Source: Squalus acanthias
Taxonomy: Eukaryota
DNA: 64,000 bases
Reading direction: 5' to 3'
Assembly (NCBI GenBank): GCA_030390025.1
Contig: CM059432.1
Location: 91,948,001-92,012,000 of the forward strand
A program made the translations under genes and the position numbers. Shown in pieces: positions 24,203 to 37,270 of this stretch; position 1 is the stretch's first letter; every line of letters starts with the position of its first letter. The notes beneath the pieces were generated by a model. The model saw only the letters and a program-made list of their open reading frames with translations. It was not told the DNA's origin and ran no database searches.

Positions 24203-25062
24203 TGGTGCATGTAGGCCACAGGGGTGGGATATCAGGCAAAACACGAAATTTACAGAGCCTTAAAGGGCCACTGGCAGATTTTGGTAATTGGAAGTTTGCT
24301 GCAGGAATTCCGTTCACTGGATTGCAAAAAGTGGCTGAGGATTGTGCCAGAGATTAAAGATGCAAAGAAAACCCCGTCTGTAACGTTGAGGGAAATACAA
24401 CAAAAGTAGGTAGCCATCTTTGGGTTGGAGAGGACCCTCAGATGTTTGCTGTCCATGCTGTGGTGACCAAGTAGGTGAATGCGGTTTTACGTGAGGAGGT
24501 CATTGGCACGGGCAGGAAAAGAGTTTAACCTGTTGAAGTTTCCTACGGTCCGGTGCTCCCTGAATGTAGCGGATTCAAGTGTAATGCTATGGCATGGCTG
24601 CAACAGATACTTTCACCTCCGCCAGCTGCATCCCGACTTTGGATGCCGAATGATCATATAGGAACCTTTAAGCCTCTCTGACAGAATCTCAAGGAACCCC
24701 AAATTCATGCCGCCATTCCTTCCAAATTCCTAGAAATCCTTGCACTCGCATCAAAAGTTCAAATTGTTTCCGCCAACAGCCGATTCTGATTTTCATCTTC
24801 ATTCTAAAGTTCAAGTGCAAATCAAACTCCGTTCTCTGGTGTCCCTTGATTTGAATAATTAATCACTGCACCAAAGTGTGATTGATGGGGGTATTACTCA
24901 ATCGTCTCCATTCTGTCTGGGACATGGGACTTTATGCAGCCTAAAAATAATTATTGTATGTCCAAAAATATTCATTGCATTAGTCATGAAAAGGGTGTTG
25001 CTGCACAAATAAAAATAGTTTAAAATGGTAATCTCTTGAAAGGCTGCAGGCAAAGAAACATA

Positions 25063-25942
25063 GGGGGGAAAATTCAGTTGGTTGCGCCTCCCGTTAGCGC
25101 CTTAAGAGGGCGCTAATGGGGCGCAAATCATCTAGCGCCCAGGATCGGTGATGGTTGCGCCGCTCGCGACATTAACTAGACATTTTGCGGCGGCGTTAAA
25201 CACTACCGCCACGATCTCCTGCGCCGGCAGATCGTGACGTCAGTCGAGTGCGCAACGCCCCGGTATCGCCCCGGAGCGGATATTGAGTGGCTCCCCCTGC
25301 CTTACCGCCTGATGCTAGCAACGACATATTGAGGGGAGCATTTTGCAGTCATGAAGGGACTGGGGGAACGCTATTTAAAGGCGACCGCTTCCTGCCTTTT
25401 ATTGTTGGTGCCATTTTTGAACCACGCATTCTGAGAGAGAGGGAGAGATTCAACGCTGTGTGAAGGAGTTTTGGGTACTGAGCAGCACTTTGCAGGTTCA
25501 TTTTGATTTGCCATTCCTTTTATCGATTTAGAAGAAACTGTGGGGGCTGCACTCTGAGCTCTTTCCCTGGTACTCTCCATTGTTCTTTCCAGCAGATTTG
25601 ATGTGCAGGTCTCTCCAGGCCGAGATTCAAGGCTGCAATGAGCAGGATGTGGATGGAAAGCAAGATCAACCATCCCCTTTAAGAACTGGCCCGTGCCATT
25701 GTGTGTGTGTTCCATTGCTGACTGACATCACATGAGCTTCGCCAGCGCTCTGAGGTAGCGCCTCGCTCCTCGGTCTTTGCACCTTTAAGACAGGTGTGAA
25801 GCGCCTGATTTAGCGCTCCAATCACCTCCAGGGGCGATAAAAGTCAAGTTTGCAGTCGGTGGCGATAATTAGCGCCAGGCGCTAATCTTTGCGCCCGGCC
25901 AATAATTGCGGCCCAAATGGGGCGATACTGAATTTCTCCCCC
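25063..25942 (+). mobile_element. Non-autonomous Harbinger element (880 bp), only in duplicate copy 2
   Basis: TIR ggggggaaaattcagt / actgaatttctccccc, TSD ATA, single ATA at the empty site near 22402. Left end resembles that of the element at 58889. Confidence 0.88.
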
Positions 25943-26229
25943 ATAGAATCTTACAGCACAGAAGGAGGTTCCTGAGCCAGCCCTTTGAAGGAGCAATCCA
26001 ATTAGTCCCTCTCACCTGCACTGTTTCCATAGCCCTGCAAATTTTTCCTTTTCAAGTATATATCCAATTCCCTTTTAAAAGTTACTATTGGATCGCCTGC
26101 CACCACCCTTTCAGGCAGTGCATTCCAGATCATAACAACTCACTGCCAATGTTTCCTCTAATTTTTTTCCCCACTGCGGGCTCTTTAAATTTTCTGCGCT
26201 GTGTCTCTTCCAACAGCAGCACTGTTGAG

Positions 26230-28365
26230 GGGCCTGCGCGGACAGGGGGAACGTTGCTCGCTGCGTAAAAAAATTCTATCCTGCCCGCTGGTTCTTTTGT
26301 CAATTATCTTAAATTTGTGTCTTCTGGTTAACGATCCTCCTGCCAGTGGAAACAGTTTCTCCAGATCTATTCTATCAAAACCCTTCATGATTTTGAACAC
26401 CTCTAACAAATCTCCCCTTAACTTTCTCTGCTCTAAGAAGAACAATGCCAGCTTCTCTAGTCTCTCCACATACCTGAAGTCCCTCATCCCTGGTATTCTG
26501 GTAAATCTGTTCTGTACCCTCTCCAAGACCTTGACATCCTTCCTAAAGTCTGTCCAGAAATGGACACTACCTCAGCTCATGCCTAACCAGTGATTTATAC
26601 AGGTTTAGGATAACTTCCTTACATTAGTACTCTATGGCCTAGAAATTCGTCTCGGCCGGTGGCGCTCTGGTCTCCCAGTGTGGATCGGGCCACGCGCTCT
26701 GTTCTCCCAGTGGGGATCGGGCCACGCGCTCTGTTCTCCCAGTGGGGATCGGGCCACGTGCTCTGTTCTCCCAGTGTGGATCGGGCCACGCGCTCTGTTC
26801 TCCCAGTGGGGATCGGGCCACGTGCTCTGTTCTCCCAGTGTGGATCGGGCCACGCGCTCTGTTCTCCCAGTGGGGATCGGGCCACGTGCTCTGTTCTCCC
26901 AGTGTGGATCGGGCCACGTCCTCTGTTCTCCCAGTGGGGATCGGGCCACGTCCTCTGTTCTCCCAGTGGGGATCGGGCCACGTGCTCTGTTCTCCCAGTG
27001 GGGATCGGGCCACGTGCTCTGTTCACCCAGTGGGGATCGGGCCACGTCCTCTGTTCTCCCAGTGGGGATCGGGCCATGCGCTCTGTTCTCCCAGTGTGGA
27101 TCGGGCCACGCGCTCTGTTCTCCCAGTGTGGATCGGGCCACGTGCTCTGTTCTCCCAGTGTGGATCGGGCCACGTCCTCTGTTCTCCCAGTGTGGATCGG
27201 GTCACGTCCTCTGTTCTCCCAGTGTGGATCGGGTCACGCGATCTGTTCTCCCAGTGTGGATCGGGCCATTCACTCTGTTCTCCCAGTGTGGATCGGGCCA
27301 TGTGCTCTGTTCTCCCAGTGTGGATCGGGCCACGCGCTCTGTTCTCCCAGTGTGGATCGGGCCACGCGCTCTGTTCTCCCAGTGTGGATCGGGCCACGCG
27401 CTCTGTTCTCCCAGTGTGGATCGGGCCACGTGCTCTGTTCTCCCAGTGTGGATCGGGCCACGCGCTCTGTTCTCCCAGTGTGGATCGGGCCACGCGCTCT
27501 GTTCTCCCAGTGTGGATCGGGCCACGTGCTCTGTTCTCCCAGTGGAGATCGGGCCACTCGCTCTGTTCTCCCAGTGGGGATCGGGTCACGTGCTCTGTTC
27601 TCCCAGTGGGGATCGGGCCATTCGCTCTGTTTTCCCAGTGGGGATCGGGCCATTCGCTCTGTTCTCCCAGTGTGGATCGGGCCATGCGCTCTGTTCTCCC
27701 AGTGTGGATCGGGTCACGCGCTCTGTTCTCCCAGTGGGGATCGGGCCACGCGCTCTGTTCTCCCAGTGGGGATCGGGCCATTCGCTCTGTTCTCCCAGTG
27801 GGGATCGGGCCATTCGCTCTGTTCTCCCAGTGTGGATCGGGCCACGCGCTCTGATCTCCCAGTGGGGATCGGGTCACGTGCTCTGTTCTCCCAGTGGGGA
27901 TCGGGCCATTTGCTCTGTTCTCCCAGTGGGGATCGGGCCATTCGCTCTGTTCTCCCAGTGTGGATCGGGCCACGCGCTCTGTTCTCCCAGTGTGGATCGG
28001 GCCACGCGCTCTGTTCTCCCAGTGGGGATCGGGTCACGTGCTCTGTTTTCCCAGTGGGGATCGGGCCATTCGCTCTGTTCTCCCAGTGGGGATCGGGTCA
28101 CGTGCTCTGTTCTCCCAGTGGGGATCGGGCCATTCGCTCTGTTCTCCCAGTGGGGATCGGGCCATTCGCTCTCTTCTCCCAGTGGGGATCGGGCCATTCG
28201 CTCTGTTCTCCCAGTGGGGATCGGGCCATTCGCTCTCTTCTCCCAGTGGGGATCGGGCCATTCGCTCTGTTCTCCCAGTGTGGATCGGGCCATGCGCTCT
28301 GTATGCTTTTTTACCAGCTTTATCAACTTGACCTGCCACCTTCAAAGATTTGTGCGTGTGAAGTC
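26230..28365 (-). mobile_element. CR1 3' fragment split by TIR + array 3 (its left part is duplicated at ~23415-23819)
   Basis: ERVQNRFTRIPGMR..GDLLEVFKIMKG lies left of the array and HKSLKVAGQVDKA..KAY lies right of it. Confidence 0.75.
26664..28302. repeat. 32-bp minisatellite array 3 (~51 units)
   Basis: Same unit; interrupts a minus-strand CR1 fragment. Confidence 0.97.
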
Positions 28366-28382
28366 TCTTACCAGAAATGTGT

Positions 28383-30260
28383 AACAACAACAACTTGTAT
28401 TTTAGCATCTTTAACATAGTAAAATGTCCCACGGCGCTTCACAGGAGCATTATCAAACAAAATGTGACACCAAGCCGCATAAGGAGATATTAGGGCAGAT
28501 GGCCAAAAGCTTGGTCAAAGAGGTAGGTTTTTTTTTATTTTTTTTACTTTTATTTTTTTTATTCGTTTATGGGATCTGGGCTTCGCTGGCAAGGCCAGCA
28601 TTTATTGCCCATCCCTAGTTGCCCTTGAGAAGGTGGTGGTGAGCCACCTTCTTGAACCGCTGCAGTCCTTGTGGTGAAGGCAGGGAGATCCAGGATTTTG
28701 ACCCAGCGACGATGAAGGTTCGGCGATATACTTCTAAGTCAGGATGGTGTGTGACTTGGAGGGGAACTTGGAGGTGGTGGTGTTCCCATGCGTCTGCTGC
28801 CCTTGTCCTTCTAGGTGGAAGAGGTCGCATGTTAGGGAGGTGCTGCCGAAGAAACCTTGGCGAGTTGCTGCAGTGCATCTTGTAGATAGTACACACTGCA
28901 GCCACGGTACACCGGTGGTGGAGGGAGTGAATGTTTAAGGTGGTGGATAGGGTGCCAATCAAATGGGATGCTTTGTCCTGGATGGTGTCGAGCTTCTTGA
29001 GTGTTGTTGGAGCTGCACTCATCCAGGCAAGTGGAGAGTATTCCATCACACTCCTTACTTGTGCCTTGTAGATGGTGGAAAGGCTTTGGGGAGTCAGGAG
29101 GTGAGACACTCGCCGCAGAATACCTAGCCTCTGACCTGCTCTTGTTGCCACAGTATTTATGTGGCTGGTCCAGTTAAGTTTCTGGTCAATGGTGATCCCC
29201 AGGATGTTGATGGTGGGGGATTTGGCGATGGTAATGCCGTTGAATGTCAAAGGGAGGTGGTTAGACTCTCGTTTGTTGGAGATAGTCATTGCCTGGCACT
29301 TCTGTGGCGCGCATGTTACCTGTTACTTATCAGCCCAAGCCTGAACGTCGTTCAGGTCTTGTTGCATGCGGGCATGGAATGCTTCATTATCTGAGGAGTT
29401 GCGAATGGCGCTGAACACTGTGCAGTCATCAGCGAACATCCCCATTCTGACCTTATGTTGGAGGGAAGGTCATTGATGAAGCAGCTGAAGATGGTTGGGC
29501 CTAGGACACTGCCCTGAGGAACTCCTGCAGCGATGTCCTGGGGCTGTGATGATTGACCTTCAATCACCACAACCATCTTCCTTTTTAGGAGCGTCTTCAA
29601 GGAGGAAAGAGAGGCGGAGAGGTTTAGGCAGGGAATTCCAGAGCTTAGGGCCTAGGCAACAGAAGGCACGGCCACCAATGGTTGAGCGATTATAATCAGG
29701 GTTGCTCAAGAGGCCAGAATTAGATGAGCACAGGTATCTCTGGGGGGTTGCGGGGCTGGAGGAGATTACAGAGGTAGGGAGGGGCCAGGCCATGGAGGGA
29801 TTTGAAAACAAGGATGAGAACTTTGAAATCGAGGTGTTGCTTAACTGGGAGCCAATGTAGGTCAGCGAGGGGTGATGGGTGAAGGGGACTTGGTGCAAAT
29901 TAGGACACAGGCAGCCGAGTTTTGGATGACATCAAGTTTACATAGGGTAGAACGTGGATAGCCTGCCAGGAGTGCATTGGAATAGTCAAGTCTCAAGATA
30001 ACAAAGGCATGGAAGAGGGTTTCAGCAGCAGATGAGCTGAGGCTGGGGCGGAGACGGGCGATGTTGCAGAGGTGGAAATAGTTACGCCGCGGATATGTGG
30101 TCGGAAGCTCATTTCAGGGTCAAATATGACACCAAGGTTGCGAACAGTGTGGTTCAGCATCAGACAGATGTTAGGGAGAGGGATGGAATCAGTGGCTAGG
30201 GAACGGAGTTTGTGGCGGGGACCAAAAACAATGGCTTCGGTCTTCCCAATATTTAATTGG
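28383..30260 (-). mobile_element. L2-clade LINE 3' fragment interrupted by another LINE
   Basis: LNIGKTEAIVFG, VRNLGVIFD and GGRAF..PKLWNSLP motifs, with an L2-type tail near 28383-28440. Confidence 0.8.
28560..29582 (-). mobile_element. LINE 3' part (CR1/Zenon-like), nested in L2
   Basis: GVPQGSVLGP and a 224-aa RT C-terminal ORF; A-rich tail at ~28528-28565. Confidence 0.88.
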
Positions 30261-30262
30261 AT

Positions 30263-30553
30263 CCAACAGTCCTCGCCTTGCATTAGCTGGCGGGTTTCAC
30301 GAGGCCTGCAAAACCTGACCAGCTAAAGTTAAATTCAAAATCGAGGTTAAAGCAGAGGCTTCCACCCTCATTATAATATTTAAATGGAAAACCCGCCTGC
30401 TGGCTGCGGTTTGGCTGCCCGCCACCCATCCCGAAACCATTAAAATCCGAAGTGGGCGGGTTGGAGGCGAGTACTGGTCGGGATTAAGATTTTTAACACT
30501 TTAAATTCCCACATGACCCCAACCCACCCATTTTGTTTGGTTAAAATTCCCCC
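30263..30553. mobile_element. Truncated Harbinger-type end
   Basis: Ends in taaaattccccc with GC-rich subterminal motifs like those of 45649-48675. Confidence 0.45.
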
Positions 30554-31089
30554 AGAGAGCGTGTTTCCACTTGTGGGGAAGAGCAAAACTAGAGGCCATC
30601 AATATAAGATAGTGACCAGGAAATCTCATAGGGAATTCAGATGAAACGTCTTTACCAAGAGAGTGGTGAGAATGTGGAACTCGCTAACAAAGGGAGCGGT
30701 TGAGAATAGTATAGACGCATTGAAGAGGAAGCTAGATAAGCATATGAGGGAGGAGTAAATAGAGGGTTATGCTGATAGAGTTAGATGAGGAAGGATGGGA
30801 GGAGGCTCGAGTGGAGCATAAACGCCGGCATGGACTGGTTGAGAGCTGCACAAAAAGTGTGACAGAAAGTAAAATATTTTCATCAGGAAGTGTGTGCCAA
30901 TATGATTTTTAATATATATATTTGTCTTTTTTATTAAAGCTTGAGTCCTTGAATTTCAAGTAAGCAATACGCATGGTTAGAGTAGTTCAATACTAACTGA
31001 GCATGCAGGTTTTGAAATATGTGAACAATTCAAAAACAAATCAGTTTTATCAATACAAAATGGAGTAAAATATTGCTATTAAATCACAG

Positions 31090-31493
31090 CCAATGAAGTA
31101 CTTTTGAAGTGGAGTCACTGTTGTAATGTGGGAAACGCGGCAGCCAATTTGCGCACAGCAAGGCCCCACAAACAACAAAGTGATACTGACCAGATAATCA
31201 GGGTTTTTTGTTATGTTGGTTGAGGGATAAATATTGGCCAGGACACCAGGGATAGCTCCCCTGCTCTTCTTCGAAATAGTGCCATGGGATCTTTTACGTC
31301 CACCTGAGAGAGCAGACAGGGTCTCGGTTTAACGTCTCATCCGAAAGACAGCACCTCCGACAGTGCAGCACTCCCTCAGCACTGCACTGGAGTGTCAGCC
31401 TAGCTTTTTGGGATCAAATTCCTGGAGTGGGACTGGAACCCACAACCTTCTGACTCAGAGGCGAGTGTGCTACCAACTGAGCCACAGCTGACA
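31090..31493 (-). mobile_element. Deu-domain tRNA-SINE
   Basis: Well-preserved core and tRNA-like head. Confidence 0.75.
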
Positions 31494-31494
31494 A

Positions 31495-34400
31495 TATGCA
31501 AACAATTTAGGGAAATTAGTAAAAAAAAACATAGAATAACAATCATGGGGGATTTCAACTACCCTGAAATTAATTGGCCAGAAGTGGTAGGTAAAGGGGA
31601 TAAGGGAATGGAGTTCCTACAATGTGTACAGGACTCCTTTTTAACCCAGTATGTAAGAAGCCCAACAAGGGAGGATTCGATGCTAGATCTAGTATTGGGG
31701 AATGAACCAGAGCAGATAAGAGAAGTAAAAGTATGGGAACATCTGGGCAATTGTGACCATAATATAATGCACGTTAAGATTATAATTGAGAAGGACATAA
31801 GTATTACGAAGACCAGGGTAATAGATTGGAGAAAAGCCGATTTTGAGGGCTGAGAATAGAACTTGGGAAAATAAAATGGACAACAGTATTGGCTAACAAT
31901 GATATAGAACAGCAATGGGAAACATTTAAAACGGCGTTCAACAGAGTCCAGGAATAATATGTTCCTCTAAAAAACAAGAACAAGCTAAACACTAATGAGA
32001 CACCATGGATGAATAAAAACATTAGGGAAAAATTGAGGGTAAGGAAAGAGGCATACACTAAGTACATAGACAGCAGGGGAGAGACAATACGAAAAAATTA
32101 GGGGAGAAGTAAAAGAAAAACAATTAGGAAGGCAAAGAGGAACTATGAAATTAAATTACAAAGGAACATGAAATAAAATAGTAAAATATTTTACAGGCAC
32201 ACAAATAAAAGAAAGAAAGCTAGGGTGGGAATAGGGCCACTAAGGGATGGACAGAATAAAATCACAGGCAGCGATAGCGAAATGGCAGAAATATTAAACA
32301 ATTACTTTGCTTCAGTATTTACCAGGGAGACAGATCAGGTGGATATGACATCGGAAGATGAGATTAGAAATTATATAACCGCATTTAAAATAAAGAGGAG
32401 AAATATTAAATAAACTAATCAAACTTAAAGAGGATAAAACCCCTGGTCTGGACGGATTAAATCTGCGCATTTTAATAGAATCTAGGGAAGAGATAGCAGA
32501 GGCACTATTATACATATTTAATAATTTGTTAGAAAAAGCTGTAGTGCCAAAGGACTGGCGGATAGCTAACGTAATACCTATATTTAAGAAGGGAGATAGA
32601 ACATGTCCAGGGAATTATAGACCAGTCAGCTTAACATTGGTATAGGAAAAATAATGGAATCCCTACTAAAGGAAAAAATTGAAGAACATCTAGAAACCAA
32701 AAATATAATAATGAATAGTCAGCATGGATTTCAAAATGGAAAATCTTGCTTGACCAACCTCATTGAATTCATTGAAGAGGTAACAGGAAGAGTAGACAAG
32801 AGTAATGTAGTAGATGTAATTTATCTAGATTTCCAAAAGGCCTTTGATAAGGTACCATATAATAGACTAAGGTCAGAGAATATGGAATCAGGGGACGAGT
32901 AGCAGAATGGATAGCTAGCTGGCTTCAAAACAGAAATCAGAGAGATGGGGTAAGGGGTATCTATTCAGAGTGGCAGAAGGCGGAAAGTGGGGTACCACAA
33001 GGATTAGTGCTGGGACTAATGTTGTTCAGAATTTATATTAATGATTTAGACTTTGGAATCAAAAACACAGGGCGCGATCTTGCCAGCCTTGGGGAGGCAG
33101 GACTGCTGGGAAAATGGCAGAATTTGGGGCGGGTGCCCAACCCGCCCCACAACCTGCATCCATGCCATCTTCCTAGGAGGTAGGTAGCCGTCCCGCGCCG
33201 GGTCCCATCTCCTTGGAGGCGGGAAGGGATTAATGCCTATTAACTGCCTGTTAACAGGTAGTTAACAGGCAGAAAATAGGATTATCCCCTTTTTGCCCTC
33301 AGTGGTCAGTGAGGCGAGTAGTGGGTCTGCGGGGGTCGGGGGCAGGGGGGGGGGAAAGTGCGCTGTGAAGGTAAGGGATGGGTGCAAGAGTGGAGAGGTG
33401 GGTATCTGAGGTAAGTGCAAAGTGTTAGTAAAAGTGTACTTACCTTTGTTTCTTCCTGCAGGCTTCAGTCGGTGGGTATGCGGAGAGTCTCGCACCTCCG
33501 CGTTGGAGATGACAGATGGCCGTTGCATTCTCCAATGCAACAACCATCTCATTTCTGCAAAAGAAAGCTGTTTGATGAGGTCTTGAATTCAAGACCTCAT
33601 CAAACTACAGAGAATGTCACTGTTTGACAGCTTCACAGAGCTTCAAAAATTTTAGACAGATGAAACGTCATATGTTGACGTTCTCTGCAACCGGCTTTCC
33701 CTTAATTGGCCTGCTAAGCCTGCTGGGCGGGCTTAATAAGGTCAATCAAGGAAAAATAGCGTGGGTTGGCCAGAAGTTGATGGAGGCGGGACTGCAACCC
33801 AACAAGTGAGAGTCCTGCCTCCAAAAGCTCCCCATTGGCAAAATCACCCCCACAATTTCTAAATTTGTGGATGACACCAAATTGGGGGGATAGTCAATAC
33901 TGAGGAGGACTGCAACAAATTACAAGAATACATTAATAAACTTACAGAATGGGCATATAATTGGCAAATTAATTTCAACACAGATAAATGTGAGATATTA
34001 CATTTTGATAAGAAAAATAAGGAGGTCACATATTACTTGGAAAATAAGAATCTTACTTGGAAAATAAGAATCTAAATGGGGTAGAAGAGCAAAGGGATCT
34101 GGGAGTACAAATATATAAATCACTAAAAGTTGCGACACAGCTTAACAAGGCCATAAAAAAACAAACCAAGCACTAGGATTTCTAGAGAGGATAGAATTGA
34201 AAAGTAGAGAGGTTATGCTAAACTTGTATCGAACCTTGGTTGGACCACACTTGGACTACTGTGTACAATTCTGGTCGCCATATTATAGAAAGGATATAGA
34301 GGCACTGGAGAGGGTGCAAAAAAGATTTACAAGGATGATACCAGAAATGCGAGGTTATAGCTATCAGTAAAAGGATGAATAGGCTGTGTCTCTTTTCTCT

Positions 34401-34790
34401 TGAAAAGAGAAGACTGAGGGGTAACCTAATAGAGGTCTTTAAAATTATGAAAGGTTTTGATAGAGTGGACACAGAAAGAATGTTTCCACTTGTGGGAAAG
34501 AGCAATATAAGATAGTCACCAAGAAATCAAATATGGAATTCAGAAGAATCTTCTTTACCCAGAGAGTTGTGAGAATGTGGAGCTCGTTGCCACAGGGAGT
34601 GGTTGAAGCGAATAGTATAGATGCATTTAAGGGGAGGCTGGATAAGCATATGAAGGAGAAGGGAATAGAGGGTTATGTTGATAGAGTTAGATGAGGAAAG
34701 AAGGGAGTAGGCTTGAGTGGAGCATAAACTCCGGCATAGACTGGTTGGGCCGAATGGCCTGTTTCTCTGCTGTATATCCTATGTAATCCT
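31495..34790 (+). mobile_element. Degenerate CR1 ORF2 (endonuclease end through RT and 3'UTR)
   Basis: MGDFNYP, LDLVL, SQHGF..KSCLTNL and YLDFQKAFDKV motifs, multiply disrupted. Confidence 0.9.
33070..33851. mobile_element. Non-autonomous Harbinger-type element inserted in CR1 RT
   Basis: TIR gggcgcgatcttgcca / tggcaaaatcaccccc, TSD ACA. CR1 reads through across the site (..GIKNT|ISKFVDDTKL). Confidence 0.75.
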
Positions 34791-34799
34791 ATGTAAATT

Positions 34800-37270
34800 G
34801 AAACATAGAAACATAGAAGATAGGAGCAGGAGTAGGCCATTCGGCCCCTCGAGCCTGTTCCGCCATTTAATGAGATCATGGCTGATCATCCAAATTCAGT
34901 ACCCTGTCCCTGCTTTCTCCCCATATCCCTTGATCCCTTTAGCCTTAAGAAATATATCTAACTCCTTCTTGAATATATTTAATGAATTGGCCTCAACTGC
35001 CTGTGTGGTAGAGAATTCCACAGGATCACCACTCTCTGGGTGAAGAAATTCCTCCTCATCTCAGTCTTAAATGGCTTACCCCTTATCCTTAGACTGTGAC
35101 CCCTGGTTCTGGACTCCCCCGCCATCGGGAACATCCTTCCTGCATCTAGTCTGTCTAGTCCTGTTAGAATTTTATAAGTTTCAATGAGATCCCCTCTCAT
35201 TCTTCTAAACTCCAGCGAATATAAGCCTAATCGACCCAATCTCTCCTCATACGTCATTCCTGCCATCCCAGGTATCAGTCTGGTGAATCTTCGCTGTACT
35301 CTCTCCATAGCAAGAACATCCTTCCTCAGATAAGGCGACCAAAACTGCACACAATACTCAAGGTGTGGTCTCACCAAGGCCCTGTACAACTGCAGCAAGA
35401 CATCCTTGCTCCTGTACTCGAATCCTCTCGCTATGAAGGCCAACATACCATTTGCCTTCTTAACCGCCTGCTGCACCTGCATGTTTACCTTCAGCGACTG
35501 GTGCACAAGGACACCCAGGTCTCGTTGCACTTCCCCTTTTCCCAATCTATTGCCGTTCAGATAATAATCTGTCTTCCTGTTTTTGCCACTGAAGTGGATA
35601 ACCTCGCATTTATCCACATTATACTGCATTTGCCATGCATCCGCCCAATCACCCAACCTGTCCAAATCATACTGGAGTTTCTCTGCATCCTCCTCACAGC
35701 ACACACGCCCACCCAGCTTTGTGTTGTCTGCAAACTTGGAGATATTACATCTAGTTCCCTCGTCTAGATCATTTATATATATTGTGAATAGCTGGGGTCC
35801 TAGCACTGATCCCTGCGGTACCCTACTAGTCACTGCCTACCACTCGGAAAAAGACCCGTTTATTCCAACTCTTTGCTTCCTGTCTGCCAACCAGTTCTCT
35901 ATCCAAGACAGTACCTTACCCCCAATCCCATGTGCTTTAACTTTGCATGCTAATCTCTTATGCGGGACCTTAGCGAAAGCCTTCTGAAAGTCCAAATACA
36001 CCACATCCACTGGTTCTCCCTTATCTATTCTACCAGTTACATCCTCAAAAAATTCCAGTAGGTTAGTCAAGCATGATTTACCTTTTGTAAATCCATGTTG
36101 ACTTTGTCCGATCCTGTCACTGTTTTCCAAGTGCTCTGCTATTACATCTTTTATAATGGACTCTAGCATTTTGCCCACTACCGATGTCAGGCTTACCAGT
36201 CTATAATTCCCCCTTTTCTCTCTACCACCTTTTTTAAATAGTGGGGTTACATTAGCTATCCTCCAATCCATGGGAACTGTTACAGAGTCTATAGAATTTT
36301 GGAAGATGACCAGCAATGCATCTACTATTTCTAGGGCCACTTCCTTAAGTACCCTAGGATGAAGATTATCAGGCCCTGGGGATTTATCAGCCTTCAATCC
36401 CGTCAATTTCCCGAACACCATTTCCCTACAAATACTGATTTCATTCAATTCCTCCCTCTCATTAGAACCTATGTTCCCCGACATCTCTGGGAGGTTATTT
36501 GTGTCCTTCTTTGTGAAGACAGAACCAAAGTATGTATTTAATTGGTCTGCCATTTCTTTGTTCCCCATTATAAATTCCCCTGATTCTGACTGCAAGGGAC
36601 CTACGCTTGACTTCACCAATCTTTTTCTCTTCACATATCTATAGAAGGTTTTACAGTCAGTTTTTATGTTCCCTGCAAGCTTACTCTCATAATCCATTTT
36701 CCCCCTCTTTATTAATCCCTTTGTCCTCCTTTGCTGAATCCTAAACTGCTCCCAATTCTCAGGTTTGCTGCTTTTTCTGGCCAAATTATATGTCCTCTCC
36801 TTGGATCTTATGCTATCCCTAATTTCCCTTGTTAGCCATGGTTGAGTCACCTTTTTTGTTTTATTTTTACGCCAAACAGGGATGAACAAATTCTGTAGTT
36901 CATCCATGCGATCTTTAAATGTTTGCCATTGCCTATCCACCATCAACCCTTTAAGTAACATTTCCCAATCCATCCTAGCTAACTCGTGCCTCATACCATC
37001 GTAGTTTCCTTTATTTAAATTCAGGACCCTAGTCTCTGAGTCAACTACTTCACTCTCCATCTTAATGAAGAATTCTATCATATTATGATCGCTCCTCCCC
37101 AAGGGGCCTCATACAACAAGATTGCTAATTAATCCTTTCTCATTACATAATACCCAGTCTAAGATGGCCTGATCTCTAGTTGGTTCCTCGACATATTGGT
37201 CCAGGAAACCATCCCGTATACACTCTAGGAATTCCTCCTCCACAGTATTGTTACTAATTTGGTTAGCCCA
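34800..37270 (-). mobile_element. Young 5'-truncated CR1 LINE (ORF2)
   Basis: 421-aa and 284-aa ORFs in one frame, separated by a TAG at 35837-35839, plus a 3'UTR. Confidence 0.95.

Larger units (their letters stand above)
21545..26663. repeat. Tandem duplication: 21545-23847 vs 24203-26663
   Basis: Near-identical sequence, differing by scattered substitutions and three copy-specific insertions. Confidence 0.95.

Noticed and set aside
18790..28302. CRISPR array (32-bp repeats)
   Set aside because: Units are head-to-tail with no unique spacers, there are no cas genes, and the context is vertebrate.
18622..28419. Long ORFs (up to 894 aa) in all six frames over the arrays
   Set aside because: They arise because the 32-bp consensus lacks stop codons; no frame preference or domain.
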